64,000 bases of DNA from Octopus vulgaris (GCA_951406725.2 OX597815.1:50530001-50594000), one strand, 5' to 3'. Positions 1-14,075 are shown, numbered from the stretch's first letter. A program made the numbers and translations. Notes: generated by a model not told the origin, from the sequence alone.

Positions 1-35
1 CAAATAAGACCAAGAGTGCCGATAAATAAGATATG

Positions 36-94
<59 letters not shown>

Positions 95-98
<4 letters not shown>

Positions 99-1619
99 GA
101 GGAAAACTAGTTAAGAGTAACAACATCACACTAGATAAAACCAATGAAATAAAAGAATTAGACCAAAGTCAAACTTACAAATACTTAGGAATCCATGAAC
201 TAGATAAGACACAACACACACAAATGAAAGAGAAAATAAAAAAAAGAATATTATAGACGAGTTAGATCAATACTAAACACAGAGCTCAATGCTAAAAACA
301 AGATAATAGGTATCAACACTTTAGCTGTCCCAGTTATAAGTTACAGCTACAATATCCTTAACTGGACACGAAATGAACTGACCAAAATAGATAGGAAAAC
401 AAGAAAAATAATGACAGGATCTAGGATGCATCACCCAAAATCTGACATAGAAAGACTATATATACAACGTATAGAAGGTGGTAGAGGCCTTATACAGCTG
501 GAAAACTACTATAAAATAACCACCATAGGACTGCAAAAATATCTACTTCAGAAGGAAGGAAAACTGATCCAGATAGCGGCAAAACACAAGCAAAACAAAA
601 AACTGTTCTCAGTATTTAAGGAAGCTGACAAATACAAACAAGAAATCATACCACCTAATAAACATGAAGAAGAAGAAGAAGATGAAGAAACAACAAAAGC
701 TATAAAACAAATGAAATCCAAACTAAAAATAGAACAGCAACGAACCATGATAAAACGATGGCAAGAAAAGCCCCTTCATGGTAAATACTGGACTAAACTA
801 AACGCAAAAGAAATAGACAAAGAAAAATCCCAGCAATGGTTGAGAAGCTCAGGACTCAAAGCAGAAACAGAGGGATTTTTAATTGCAGCACAAGACCAAA
901 GCCTCCCCACCAGAAATTACCAAAAACATGTAATGAAAAGAAATATTACAAGTAACTGCAGAATATGTGGAGATGGACAAGAAACAATAAATCATATTAT
1001 CTCTAGCTGCCCAGTCCTGGCTAAGAAGGAATATATTTACAGGCATGACAGAGTTGGAACCTACATACATTGGAAGCTATGCCAACATTATGGAATAACA
1101 ACAGAAAAAAGATGGTATAGGCACACACCAGAAAAGGTCACAGAAAACGAGAAAGCAACCATACTCTGGGATATGCCGATACACACAGATAGAGAAATTA
1201 AGGCCAACAGACCAGATATAGTTGTCAGAGATCATGAAGAAAAAAATGCTTTCTAATTGATGTATCAATACCGGCTGATGACAACGTGTCTCTAAAAGAA
1301 ATGGAGAAACTCTCAAAATACAAAGACCTGGAAATAGAGGTAACCAGAATGTGGAATCTGAAAACATAAACAATTCCTATCATAGTAGGTGCATTAGGCA
1401 TGATAAAAAAATATTCAGACAAATACATAACAAAAACACCAGGACTTACAAACACATATAACATACAGAAAATTGCACTACTAGGCACTGCACACATCCT
1501 ACGCAGAACACTTTCCATACAATAACCATCAGAGCATCACAACAAATCACAGCACATACCCAAGGCACACAGAGCTGCGCTCGGTAGTGAAGTGAAAGCA
1601 CGCTATAAAAATAAAACTA

Positions 1620-1622
<3 letters not shown>
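95..1622 (+). mobile_element. 5'-truncated Dong/R4-clade non-LTR retrotransposon (RT C-terminus, CCHC zinc knuckle, RLE endonuclease, 3' UTR)
   Basis: YKYLG at ~176-190. ORF 411-1256 has GGRGL, CRICG..ETINHIISSC, RHD, LWD and RPDIVV. A frameshift in the A-run at ~1240 continues as LIDVSIP..KYKDL..IVGALG..LGTAHILRRTLS, ending in TAA at ~1526. (TAA)n flanks both sides (36-96, 1623-1654). Confidence 0.93.
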
Positions 1623-1654
<32 letters not shown>

Positions 1655-1657
<3 letters not shown>

Positions 1658-1884
1658 AAACTGTAAAGGTCATGCTTTTAATAATTGGTGCATTGGGAAT
1701 TACAATAGAATGCCCTGTAGAGCTCCTACAGAAAGTTTGTCTCTTAGGGACAGCAAGGATTATCAGGAGGGTACTAAGCACTTGAAAGACTACTGAAAAC
1801 TTGTGGTCACCTAAGGATACAGGTAGCAACCTGCTAGCCACATAAATCCTATCAGGAATAAGACCAAATCTGAGTCAAACTAAA
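1655..1884 (+). mobile_element. Short 3' fragment of a second Dong/R4-type family
   Basis: Translates KTVKVMLLIIGALGITIECPVELLQKVCLLGTARIIRRVLST*, the RLE C-terminal signature. Followed by its own 3' UTR and (TAA)n. Confidence 0.85.
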
Positions 1885-1962
1885 ATAATAATAATAATGA
1901 TGATGATGATGTTGATGATACTAATAATAATAATAATAATAATAATGATAATAATAATAATA

Positions 1963-3130
1963 AATACTGTCATACCATACATCCAGACGGAGGACATAAC
2001 ACAAACAAGGAATCTTCTCCAAGCTATTGCACAACTTGCTGAGGAGAAATTACAACGTAACCTTTTCATTACCGAATTTCTTTTGAGATGCTCTGTGTTT
2101 CTGCCATTTAAGTTTAAATATAACGAAGAATTTAGTAAAATAACTTAGTTATCATTAAGCTAGTGTTAGGAACATAAATTGTGACTAAGGTTTGGTGGAA
2201 GATTTTAATTCAAAACTCATGAAAACAAGACATTTGTACTCAGAGCAGAGCCAGTTTCAGCCAGGTTGGTAATGAAAGGGTTAAGAAAACAAAAAATGGT
2301 GGAGCAAAAGAAGAGTTGAAACAGCATATCATAGCAGTAGCAGATAAGCTTTCCAGTTATTAGAAAAGAATAAATCAGTATCAACAGAATAGATTATTTG
2401 AGACAGACAAGAGGAGATTTTATAACCAAATAGTGGAGAACGAAGTACTGAAGATGCAAAACCTAATGAAGGAGAAACTAGGAAGTTCTGGAGTAATATT
2501 TGGGATAAACCAATCAATCATAATGGAGATGCAGTATGGTTAAAGAAAGTGAGGGAAGAAGTAGTGAATGAGAAGCAGCCAGATCTAAGACTAGCAAGTG
2601 CATTAAGGTGTAAAGTATTAGGAAAAACACTGAATTGGAAGAGCCTAGGACCAGATTTAGTTCAAGGGTACTGGTTAAAGAAATTTAATAGTTTACATGG
2701 GAGGCTGAGAAATCAACTTCAGGATTACCTTAATGAAGGAATAATGCCAGATTGGATGACTAGAGGGAGAACAATACTCCTTATGAAAGATAGACCAATC
2801 ACTTGCTTACCATTAGTGTGGAAGCTGTTAACAGGAATACTTTCAGAAAGCATTTATGAGCACCTTCACAACCAGAAGAACAGATAGGTTAGTAGTAGTA
2901 GTAGATAAAGAGTAGTTATAGGTGCATTAGGAACTATCCCCAAAGATTTAAACGGATGGATAGAGAAAATAGGCATAAAATGCAGTTTAGTACAGCTTCA
3001 GAAAACAGTGTTATTAGGGACAGGCTAGGATACTTAGGAGGGTTCTTAGCATCTAAGGTTACTTGTTGTAGCCCGATGTTAGGAATGTTTCTTTTCCAAC
3101 AGTCTAATCTGTTGTGTGTAAAATTAAAAT
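1963..3130 (+). mobile_element. Internally deleted Dong/R4-type element (N-terminal region and RT start fused to RLE C-terminus), interrupted by a MITE
   Basis: TEDITQTRNLLQA, QQNRLFETDKRRFY, KFWSNIWD, GPDLVQGYWLKKF and RPITCLPLVWKLLTGI, then a jump to VIGALG..LQKTVLLGT..RRVLSI*. 3' UTR ends in (TAA)n at ~3128. Confidence 0.85.
2061..2280. mobile_element. piggyBac-type MITE (TTAA target)
   Basis: TIR ccttttcattacc / ggtaatgaaaggg, flanked by gtaa (2057-2060) and ttaa (2281-2284). Confidence 0.8.
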
Positions 3131-3635
3131 AATAATAATAATGATAATGATAATAATAACAATAATAATTTATTTATTAATCACATCGTTAATAAATCCT
3201 TACCCTCTGATGGTTGATTGAATTTTTCCCATCTTAACTTCATTATTTTATCATCCAAAACAAATCCAATACAGTTCTACATGTCAAATACTGAAATGAT
3301 TACTTAATGTGGTTGTATAATATTGTCTGTAATTTTTACTAATTCAAACTGTAGTGGCAACAGTAGATATATCATCATCAGTCTCATCATCGTCCTCATT
3401 GTCTTCATCATCATTATTGTTGACATCATTGCTGTCATCATCACCATCATCACTATATGAATTACATTCACAATAACCATACAAGGAAAATATGTCCACG
3501 TGTATAAAACAATCAGCAAAATGATGTTATTGCCATGCAAATGACCAGAAGATTGGAGAGAACTGCTAACAAATTTAAAGTTTACAAATAAGAAATTTCT
3601 AAAAAGATTTTAATCAATAGCTTCAAATAAACAAG

Positions 3636-3679
<44 letters not shown>

Positions 3680-5097
3680 CATATTGTTCACATAAATATA
3701 TGACCCTATATGTGTGTGTATGCATGTGTGTGTGTGTGTATATATATATATGCATATGTATGTATGTATGTGCATATGTGTGTGTGTATGTATGTGAATA
3801 AACATTTGATTTCAGTAATTCATTTACATGCTAGAGGTTAAACATTTTGATGCCTCAAATTTGATTTTTTAAAAATTGGAATACAAGAAAGTTTTCTCTG
3901 ATTAAACAATTAAAACACACATACAAAAACAAAATGAAATCAAATAAATCAGTACATTTAGAAAATCAAAAAATTAAGTGTAGAAAAATTACTCAGCAGC
4001 CTACTTTGGTAAAAAGAAAAAAAGTATTTTGGTCCCTCTTTGTTTCTCTAGAAAAGAGAGAAGGATCTATTCTTAGAATTGTAATATTGATTCATTTTGG
4101 GTAAGCACAAGGCCACTTAAAATTGTAATAGGAAAATATAGCCTAGTGAGATTAACTTACTGAAATAAATATTCTTAAAAACATACAAAAGTATTTATAC
4201 CCACTAAAATTATATAAAGAAGCGGATAAAAAAACTGAGAAAAAGTTTCAGTTTAATACAGAAAATTGAACAAATTCTGACATATTCCAAACTAAATTCT
4301 TCTCAACAAATGACACGATCAACAAGTTGATAATTTGCCCACAAGTTCACTGAGTTCAGTAGAAAACAATAGAGAAACTATTTTGTTACTTCCTAATGTT
4401 CATGTCTGCCATGGGTTTACAAAGCTGTTTCATTTCCCGTTAGGTTTTTACAACATCAGTTTATTTAATTATTTTGAAAGATACAATTTTTTGCCTAAGA
4501 ACTTAAATGTACTGAAATTTAAATAACATATCTCACACGCATAAAACTCACACACAACACACACACATACAAACACACACACGTACACACACACACATAA
4601 TATGTGTATAAACACATACATAAAAACATGAACAATTCAAACAAAGTATGTTTTTAAAAAAATAAAACATTTTTCAATAAAACTATGGCAAAGATGTTTT
4701 ATTTTCTTCATTTTCCCCCCTGCATCTTTTTTTCAATAATGTCTGGAAGATTCAGACATTTTAAAAAAAAAGTTTTTTTATTATTTTTGATTTTTTCTAA
4801 TATATTTCAACTGTTTTTGATCAAATTTTCAGGTAAAATGATGTTCGTGAAATACCTAATACTTCTTGGTCTCATTTCTGTTTCATTATTGTTGGTATTG
4901 TTTGTTTGTTGCTGTCATTTAATTCTGGTGTGATTTTATTTCTTTTTATACCCCCTTTCTTTTATGTAATTGCCATTTTTACATAAAAGAAAAAAATGAT
5001 AATTCTGTATTATTAAATAAGATTAAATGTAAATACTGTTTTTACAAATTGTTTGTAACCATATAACAAACATCCATTATTACTCACTACATGTATT

Positions 5098-5137
<40 letters not shown>

Positions 5138-5401
5138 CATTTGTATCATAATCATCATCATTTTAATGTCCACTTTTCCATACTCACATGGGTTGGATGG
5201 AGTTTGTTGAGGCAGATTTTCTATGGACAGATGACTTTTCTCTCACTGATCCCAAGTAAGGAGATACTTTCCCTTGACTAAACATAGTTTTCATGGAAGA
5301 CTGGTAATGAAGGACACCACTTGCATGCATGCATGCATACATACATACATACATACAGATACATACAGAAATATATATGTACATATGTATATATGTATGT
5401 A

Positions 5402-5494
<93 letters not shown>

Positions 5495-5638
5495 TGTATT
5501 GAAGTACACACAAAAAGAATAGGACCTCAATATATCAAATAGAGGATAGTTTAATAAAATATCACAGTATACAGTAAATTGTAGTTATAAAATGGTACTC
5601 TGAGTTTCAAATAACCCACATACACACACACACACATA

Positions 5639-5674
<36 letters not shown>

Positions 5675-5759
5675 TGTATGTATGTATGTATGTATGTATG
5701 TATGTATGTATATATGCATGTATGTATGTATACATACATACATATATATACATATATAT

Positions 5760-6198
5760 AAAAAGCAAATAATTAACATGGTAATAGTGTCCAGGTATTA
5801 GTGCATTATAGCCATTTCAAGCAGCTACATTTAAAAAATCAATGCATGCATTACATCAATTTGAAATAACCCACTTTCCTCGGATGCATAGGATCATATG
5901 GGTTTACAACATACAGGATACTCCATTATAATTTTTTTAGCAAAGTTTTCATCAGAACTAGAGAATAAAAGCATGTAATAGGCATGTAATTCTTTTATTC
6001 TCTAGTTCTGATGAAAAATTTGCTAAAGAATTATAATGGAGTATCCTGTATGTTGAAAACCTATATGGTCTTATGCATCCAAAGAAAGTGGGTTATTTCA
6101 AATTGGTGTAATGTTTGCATTGGTTGATTAAACGGAGCTGCTTGAAACAGCCATAATGCACCAATACCTGGACGTCCTTGTTACTTATTTGCTTTTTA
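5760..6198. repeat. Long fold-back inverted repeat (~210 bp arms, ~20 bp spacer), Penelope-LTR-like
   Basis: 5760-5970 is the diverged reverse complement of ~5990-6198 (e.g. caacatacaggatactccattataatt / aattataatggagtatcctgtatgttg). Confidence 0.9.
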
Positions 6199-6320
6199 TT
6201 CACCTAACTTTGAGCTGTGTGGACAATACCGGACTGGCTTGGTGCCTTAACCTAAGTGCCTAATTCAACTGAATCTTAATTATTTCTTTTCAATACACAC
6301 ATGTGTGTGTGTGTTTATAT

Positions 6321-6539
6321 CAGTGCTTTTCAAACTTTTTACTTGAGCGGAACCCCAAGTAAACATTCCACTGGCTCGAGAAACCCCTGTGCAATAATTT
6401 AACAGTCTTATGCACACATATCTGCACAGGAGACTTAAAAATTACTGCCGATTTTAGCAATTTTGTAACTTCTTGCGGAACCCCTGGACTGTACTGGCGG
6501 AACCCTAAGGTTCCGGGGAACCCTGGTTGAAAACCACTG
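6321..6539. mobile_element. hAT (Charlie-like) MITE
   Basis: TIR cagtgcttttcaa / ttgaaaaccactg. Perfect 8-bp TSD gtttatat (6313-6320, 6540-6547). Internal GGAACCC repeats. Confidence 0.92.
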
Positions 6540-7376
6540 GTTTATATATATATAAAGTTTAAGAGTAAAGGAAGACAGGAAAAAATTGCCAACAATCTAC
6601 ACGTAGTCACATTTTGAAAATATATGTGTGTGTATATATATATATATTCAGCTCAAGTGTTACAGCCATAAACTTTGGCCACACTTTCACTACTTGAAAT
6701 CTTCTCTGGATATGTGTCATTTGGTGAATGAGTGAGTTTAATGTTGCTGCGCTCATCTGCATTTCCTGCTACGAGGTAGGTTTATCTTAAACTCTTGACA
6801 GGAGGAGATCCAGTTTTGTTTTGAGGACCCTTGCATGCACCCCATGCTGTTTATTCACATATAAACACATATCTTCTTAGGTGGTAAGCAAGCAAATTTG
6901 CAGAATCATTAAAGCAGCAGTATATGTTCTAGCCCTCTACATTCTGAGTTCAATTTCCACCAAAATCAAGTTATTCTTCCATCCAATTGGGGGTGATTAA
7001 TAAATAAAGGACCAGTCAGAAACTAAAGCAGATTCTGCCCCACTCTCTCTCTCTCTCATTAACTATTGCAGAATTGGCTATGCTATGAAAGGCTTCTGGG
7101 AGATCACTGATAATGTCAAATGATGACAAATAAATAGGAGCTCATTCTGACAGTATTTGATCTTCAGAGATCTTAAAAGAACCACCCTCACTCATGGGGA
7201 TCATGGTTGCAACTGATAATGATTTTTGGGTGGTAGATGTAATCAAATTCGGTTCAGGCCTACTTTGTTTACCATCCTTCTGGTTTACATAAAGTAGATA
7301 TCTGTAATAAAGCAGGATTTATTCAATGGGCTATAAAAACTAAACTACAGCCTGTAGATATTACACAATAGAATGT

Positions 7377-7580
7377 CTGGCAGAATCGTTAGCATGCTGG
7401 ATGAAATGCTTAGCAGTATTTCGCCCATCGCTACGTTCTGAGTTCAAATTCTGCCAAGGTCGACTTTGCCTTTCATGCTTTTGGGGTCGATAAATTAAGT
7501 ACCAGTGAAACACTGGTGTCATTGTAATTGACTAGTTCCCATACCCCAAATTTCAGGCCTTGTGCCTTTAGAAGAAAGAA
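7377..7580 (+). mobile_element. tRNA-derived SINE family A (other copies ~6897-7017, 31436-31630, 37432-37640, 37769-37990, 49665-49885, partial 62035-62163)
   Basis: Recurrent ctggcagaatcgttagca...ttctgagttcaaattctgccaaggtcgactttgcctttcat...ggggtcgataaattaagtaccagt, with A-box-like and B-box-like motifs. Confidence 0.85.
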
Positions 7581-8139
7581 TTTATTGCTTTTAAGTGTCC
7601 ATGTAATTTCAAGAAGACACAGTCAACCTCTTGGCTCATCTTCAGTGATCCAGTAGAATATCCAAGATGTGACAGCTTCTATACAGTCACACGAAATAAC
7701 AGCCAAATCTCTCTTAACTCTCAACCAACTATCTTAAGGGGAAAAGACACATTTAATAATTTCCTCCTAGGTAGCTCTAAAAAGCCAAGATGGTCATACC
7801 TGAAATATGTCAGTATTTATGTCTGCACCCACGCTATTTCATGTTCTTTCACATACTCAGTTTCTTTCGATATATATACATCTGTCTATCTACCTATCTG
7901 TCTATCTGTCTAATTATCTTTCTCTCTTTTTCTATCTTATTCTTTCTCATCTATCAATCCATCTATCCCTCTCTCTCTCTATATATATATATGTAGGTAC
8001 TATATATATTTATGTGTATATAGCTATGTATTTACGTGTGCATATATATTTATACATTTATATGTGTATATATATATATCTATATATTCATATGTGTACA
8101 TACATACATACATATACATATATATACACATATATATTC

Positions 8140-8438
8140 GTCTTAAGTCAAAAGACATCTGCTATTAATGTCCTGTTATTTGTATTTGTGTGCGATTTCT
8201 CCGTTTTTTTTCCATCTTTGTTTTCATAAACATTCGCTGCTTTCTTCCAAGGAATCTAGTGCTCTTAGCTTAGTTTTTCCTTGGGGCTGGCTAGATTGGA
8301 GCAATCTCAAGTATAACTAGCCGAAATTGCAAAGATAATCTGGAACTCAACTGAGAAAAAAAAACTCCGAATGACTCGTCCTTGTTTTCTTTGTATCATC
8401 TGTCTGGATGTTTTGCCTTCTTGTCCTATTTTTGTATT

Positions 8439-8440
<2 letters not shown>
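8140..8440 (+). mobile_element. Short dispersed repeat, Penelope-LTR-like (related partial copy on minus strand at ~27983-28162)
   Basis: Shares gaatgactcgtc...gtatcatct with 27983-28162. Contains a GGCTAG/CTAGCC stem followed by GAAATTGCA. Flanked by TA microsatellites. Confidence 0.55.
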
Positions 8441-8477
<37 letters not shown>

Positions 8478-8754
8478 GCATACATACACACACACACATA
8501 TATATACATACATATATCTATCAATCTATACCTTCATAGATGTGTGAGTGTGTATGGCTGTATGGTTATATGTGTTTATGTAGTTACAAATATATGCTTT
8601 TGATCATGAGCCTACTTGAGCAGAGATGACCTGGGACTAAATAACAACAACAACAACAACCATAATTGGGTCAATAGAATATATCCTAATAATACACTGA
8701 AATTAGGTCAATTAACTATAATACTCTTTATCAATAAAACCTTCTGCATAACCA

Positions 8755-9345
8755 TTTGTGCACATTCACATACACATACTCTCACACTCATACACAAACA
8801 TATTCACACTAACACATTCGTGCTTACTCTCACGGACACATACAAGTAGACATAAACTCCCACACATTCATTCGCTAATACATAATACACACTCATATGC
8901 TAGCTCCCACTCAAGTACACTCATGCACTTGCACACACTCACACATACTTATAAATGGACACTAATACACATAGATACACATCTACACACACTGACACAT
9001 ACACTCACACACATGCACACCTACTCACCCACACATACATACACTATTGTTTACATGTGCACACATGCACACATATTCACACACATGCAGGCACATTTAC
9101 ATATACATTCACCTATATGGATGCTCAAACAATTACACATATCACACACTCTCACTCTCATGCATCTTACATACACACATTCACACATACTCACACACAC
9201 TTATATACCCATTCACTTACATACAGAATTATGCACACATGCACTTACACTCGCACATTTGCTGACATACATACTTAAACAATTACACACACATACACTC
9301 ACTCACACAAACACACACACATACGCACTTATACACATTCTATAA
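8755..9345. repeat. Degenerate (CA)-rich low-complexity tract
   Basis: Cryptic CA/TACA repeats that give H/T-rich pseudo-ORFs. Confidence 0.85.
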
Positions 9346-9519
9346 ACTGAAGTCAGAACAATTTTTGGTTCACAGATCTAAAGTAGATGTATTACTGTTG
9401 TCAGTATAGTTACCATTTTGCTCCTGATCAAACTTTGATCAGGTGGAGTAACTTGGGTAGAATGAAAAGTCATCAAGAGTTTGACTTGGCTTTGAGGTGT
9501 TCTCATCAATCATTAATTT

Positions 9520-10390
9520 CGCTCTTGTCAGCGGTCAATTCTGCAGTGGGTTGCAACCATTCCCAATTTCAACGATGAATGCGAAAGATTCAAAGACTGG
9601 AAACGAGCTCTATATCTGTCTTGACTTCTGTGAGCCACCTCCTTAGCAGACCACCTCTCCACTTACACTAACCCAGTGGAGTATCTGGTGCTATTGCCTT
9701 CAGCATAAGTTCATCATGGGGTGCTGCAAAGTGTAACCAAACCACCATAATCTCCTCTTCAGAAGAGTTACCCTCAAGAGATAAGTGACCGCAGTGAGCA
9801 TAACATTGTCAATTTGAAGCACAGTCTGAGATATGCAGTCAAAGAAAACGATGAATAGTAATTATTGGAGGTGGGGTATGTTGGCTGAGAGAACTTTCAT
9901 TTTCGAGGCATTGATCTTCATTCCAATTCTTGTGGCAGAAAGGTTTATCCCATCAAGAGCATGTTGGGTGTCACCATAAGCATCCATAGGGTAGCAATGT
10001 TGTCAGCAAAGAAACGGTCAGTGACCAAAAACCACATCTTGCCTTGGTTCTGGAGAGACCATCTAGACCTTGGTTGAGTATCCAATTGATGATGAAAATG
10101 AAAAGAGTGGGTGATAGGATCCAACTTTGGCAAACAGCCATTTGAACAGTAATGAAATTGGAATCCACTCCATTACACATCTTGGAATCCAAAGAAATCC
10201 CACAAGATTGGAGTGTCGCAATCATTTTGCCATTCTATAAGAAAGGTGGCAGGCATGTTTGCAGTAACTATTGGGGCATGAACCTTATTAATGTTGCATC
10301 GAAGGTCTTCACCTTTCTCCTAAGATGCTTTCAAGAGGTAAATGACAAAAGAACCCAGCCAAACCAATGCAGTTTCTTAAGAGAAAGAGG
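9520..10390. mobile_element. Decayed RTE-like LINE RT fragment with inverted 5' segment
   Basis: Minus strand ~10180 to 9520: NG..V.Q..ILSPTLF.FIINWIL, FFADNIA (YADD-like), KINASK. Plus strand ~10190-10390: IPQDWSVAIILPFYKKG..CSNYWGMNLINVASKVF (RT domain 0/1). Confidence 0.75.
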
Positions 10391-11442
10391 CTGAGTCCTG
10401 GAACAACACTGGTGCTATCAGCAGGCCACCGTGGTGTGCTTTGTCGACTTTTCAGTGACTTTTGCTTCAGTGGGAAGTCATGAGGTGTGATGGTTTTCCA
10501 ACCAAGCTCCTCATTTGTGTGTATTATGCCCATACAAGAATCATTAATTACATTCAACAATCAACAACCAACTAAACAGGTCAACAAAGGAATCACAACA
10601 TGGTCACTTGTCCAAGATAACACCCTAATGCTCAAAAAGAAAAAAGTGGGGTTGAAATTAGTTCAACTGATTTCTCTTTTTACTGTATCTAAAGCATGTT
10701 GTATATATGGACAGTTCTCTCAGCTGCTTATACATACAGTATTGTGGGTTTAAAATCTATTGATATATTCTGAAGAACAGTATAGTTCTGACACAAAATA
10801 TTATTAACACACAAATAATTTATTAATCAAGTTAGATGCCAAGTGAGAGTTAAGTAAGAAAACTTGTCTAATTGATTTATTTAAGCCTTTAGAAATTGGT
10901 ATTTTATAATTAGTGTTTCTGTAAACTGTTAATGAGGGTGTTCAGTTGCTGATGGAATCCCACAAAGACTAGACTCAAATTGCTCTGGTTGATCCATATT
11001 TTTCTGTCTGGTTCTCATGGCTTTCCAGTTAGATTAGTACACCATTCCCTACAGAAGACTGGTCTGAAATCCAAGCAAATGAAGAAAGCCATGGCCAATA
11101 AAACCAGCTCAAAGGGGCTGTGGTTAACAAGATGCTAAAGATGGAGCCCTTCCCGAGATAAAACTAATCTAGTCCTCACTGTCCCACTCAGGTAAAGTGC
11201 ACAAGCTACTGAGTGAAATGTAGTTGACACTGAGATAGCCACTGATGATACAAATTGAAGTCTTCAGTTGGGCAGAGCAGTCCTAGATATACAAAAATAC
11301 AAGATGGTCATGGCTGGAACTCCTTTGATTGTAGGTCTTCTTCATCAAAGTTGACCAAGGACTAAACAACAACAATAAACAAATAAAATCTGACATCTGA
11401 AGTTTTAGGTTGATCTCATCTAATAGGAGAAATCAGTAACAA

Positions 11443-11504
<62 letters not shown>

Positions 11505-12316
11505 TAATAATAATAATAATAATGATAGTAATAGTAATAGTAACAACAACAACAATAATAATAAAGAACTTACAAAAAGTAAAATATTCTCAGATAATGA
11601 AACTAATCAAAACCAAATAAACAATATAATTTAATGTTTTTCAGTTGTTTTTATATTTTTGTTGATTGCACTTGTTTAAATCACAGAATATTTAAGTTTC
11701 CCAAGAATAATTAGCAGTGCATGCAAACATACCACACCTCCATACATGCACCAGCCCATTGCTCTCACACACACCAGCAAAACCCAGATATACATACAAA
11801 CATACATATGAGTGGGTGTCTTTGCATGAATGTGTGCACATATATATAAAAATATACATATATATACACAAACACACACACACACATATATATATATACA
11901 TGCACATACATCTACTTACATATATATGTGTGTGTATATATGTATATATATATGTAGCATATATAAACTATATACACATACATATACATATATATATGTA
12001 TACACTCACACACATAATACAATATAATATAATGTAATATATATATGTATGAATGTATGCCTGCATGTATACATATGTATATATGTATATACATGCATAT
12101 ACAAGCTTATACACACACATAATATAAACAAGATAAAAGAACACATAACCATTACTAAATGATCAATAATTAACTATGTGTAAGCTTAATTTGTTGCAAA
12201 AAAAGCAAACAAAACAATGTTTTATTTTTGTTTTTTCCTTTACATACATACATACATACATACAAACATATATACATACATGCATACATATGTACATATA
12301 TATATATGTGCATATA

Positions 12317-12352
<36 letters not shown>

Positions 12353-13122
12353 TGTATGTATGTATGTATGTACGTATGTATGTATGTATGTATGTATGTA
12401 TGTATGTATGTATGTATATGATTCACTCCTGTTTTATTTTCATTTATTTATGTTTCCTCAGTTTTCAGTTTATTGGTTTCTAGCTTCTCAAGTTGATTTC
12501 ATAGAAAATAGGAAATAAAAAGATAAATATAATAAAATATAAATGAAATAAATAAATAAATAAAACACTCAAACAATAATTAATTGTAAATGATGTAATC
12601 CTCTTGTAAGCTGATTTACTTAAAATTTAAACACATGCTCACATAGAGATTCATCAAAGCAACAATGATACGCATACTTATGCTTAATCTACAAGTATTA
12701 GTTTTAAAATGAATATCACAGAAAATCTGTTGATCATGAAAGCTGTGAAATGAAAAACTAGTAACAATATAGAATAATTTTCAGAACCCGTTATGTAACT
12801 GTATGGTGTGACGAACAAATCCCTTTATTAGAATAATTTCAGAACCAGATAAGTAGCTGTCTAGTTTATAATCATTTTACGTCTGTTTTATGTATACTAG
12901 TATGGGTTGGATGACTATGTATGAGAGAGGAATTATTTTACACTTGTTACTGATCCTAAACTGCATTTCAAGTAAGTGGCTTTATATTCCACTTGTCTTT
13001 GACAGTGCAGAAGCACAATTAGTTTATAAAAAATATCAAAATAGCAGCACTATTTTATTCAGACACAGAATGTAACCATTTACATAATCACACAGACATA
13101 TATACGTACAAATATACCTATT

Positions 13123-13159
<37 letters not shown>

Positions 13160-13511
13160 ATATGTATGCTGATCTCAAAATGCTGAACCTTACAAAGGAG
13201 ATGACAGAGGACTGAGATATATGGCACATTGCTGTACTCAAAAAGTTTCCCCACCACAACAGAACTGAGATCCTAAAATCAAAGTACTGCATAAAAAGCA
13301 TTGCTATGTAAAAAGCACTGGTGATGGTGCTACATAAAATGCACCCAGTACACTCCGTAAAGTAGTTAACATTAGGAAGTGCATCTAGTTATAGAAACCA
13401 GGCCAAAACAGGCTATGAGACCTGGTGTGGTCCCTGGCCTTGCTAGTTCCTGTCAATCCACACAACCCATGCCATTAAATGTTGATGATGAGGATGATAT
13501 CTATGTATGTG

Positions 13512-13548
<37 letters not shown>

Positions 13549-14075
13549 AAAAGGATGAAGGATTCAAAGCAACCAGGCACTTAAATGATAGGCACCAGGT
13601 ATGGTCGAAATCAACTTGTAAACAACACCCTTACTTGAACAAATATCCTGGATGCCAAAGCACATCCAGTAAAAAATTCAGGTTGTGTATACAGAGAATT
13701 TAACCCTTATGAGTCTTTTAATAGCCTATGGGCTAATCCAAAGGTATCCATTGTATAGGTCGTACACTATTTGGTATACTCCAGAATATCTGATGTGTCA
13801 GGATTCCAGTGGAATGTATCATGAACATATAGTTAAAAAAAAAATGATGGATACATGTCACTTCATTACAGCTGTTTCCAGCAGATTTCTTTAATTGAGT
13901 ACATTACATCATCTGTGAATGCTCTACCCATTAAGTAACCTCTTAATGTCATCCTAGCTTTGCTGTTTCTCTCATTCCAATCCAGTTTTGGCTGGAATCA
14001 TGTTCAACTGGCCCACTGTGGTAAAGTGCTGTTCTTATATTGTTTTGAAATGTTATGTATCATCTGATGAAAGTG

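Noticed and set aside
12770-12862. ~60-bp direct repeat (tagaataatttcagaacc) resembling a repeat-spacer unit
   Set aside because: Only two units in eukaryotic DNA; a simple tandem duplication, not CRISPR.
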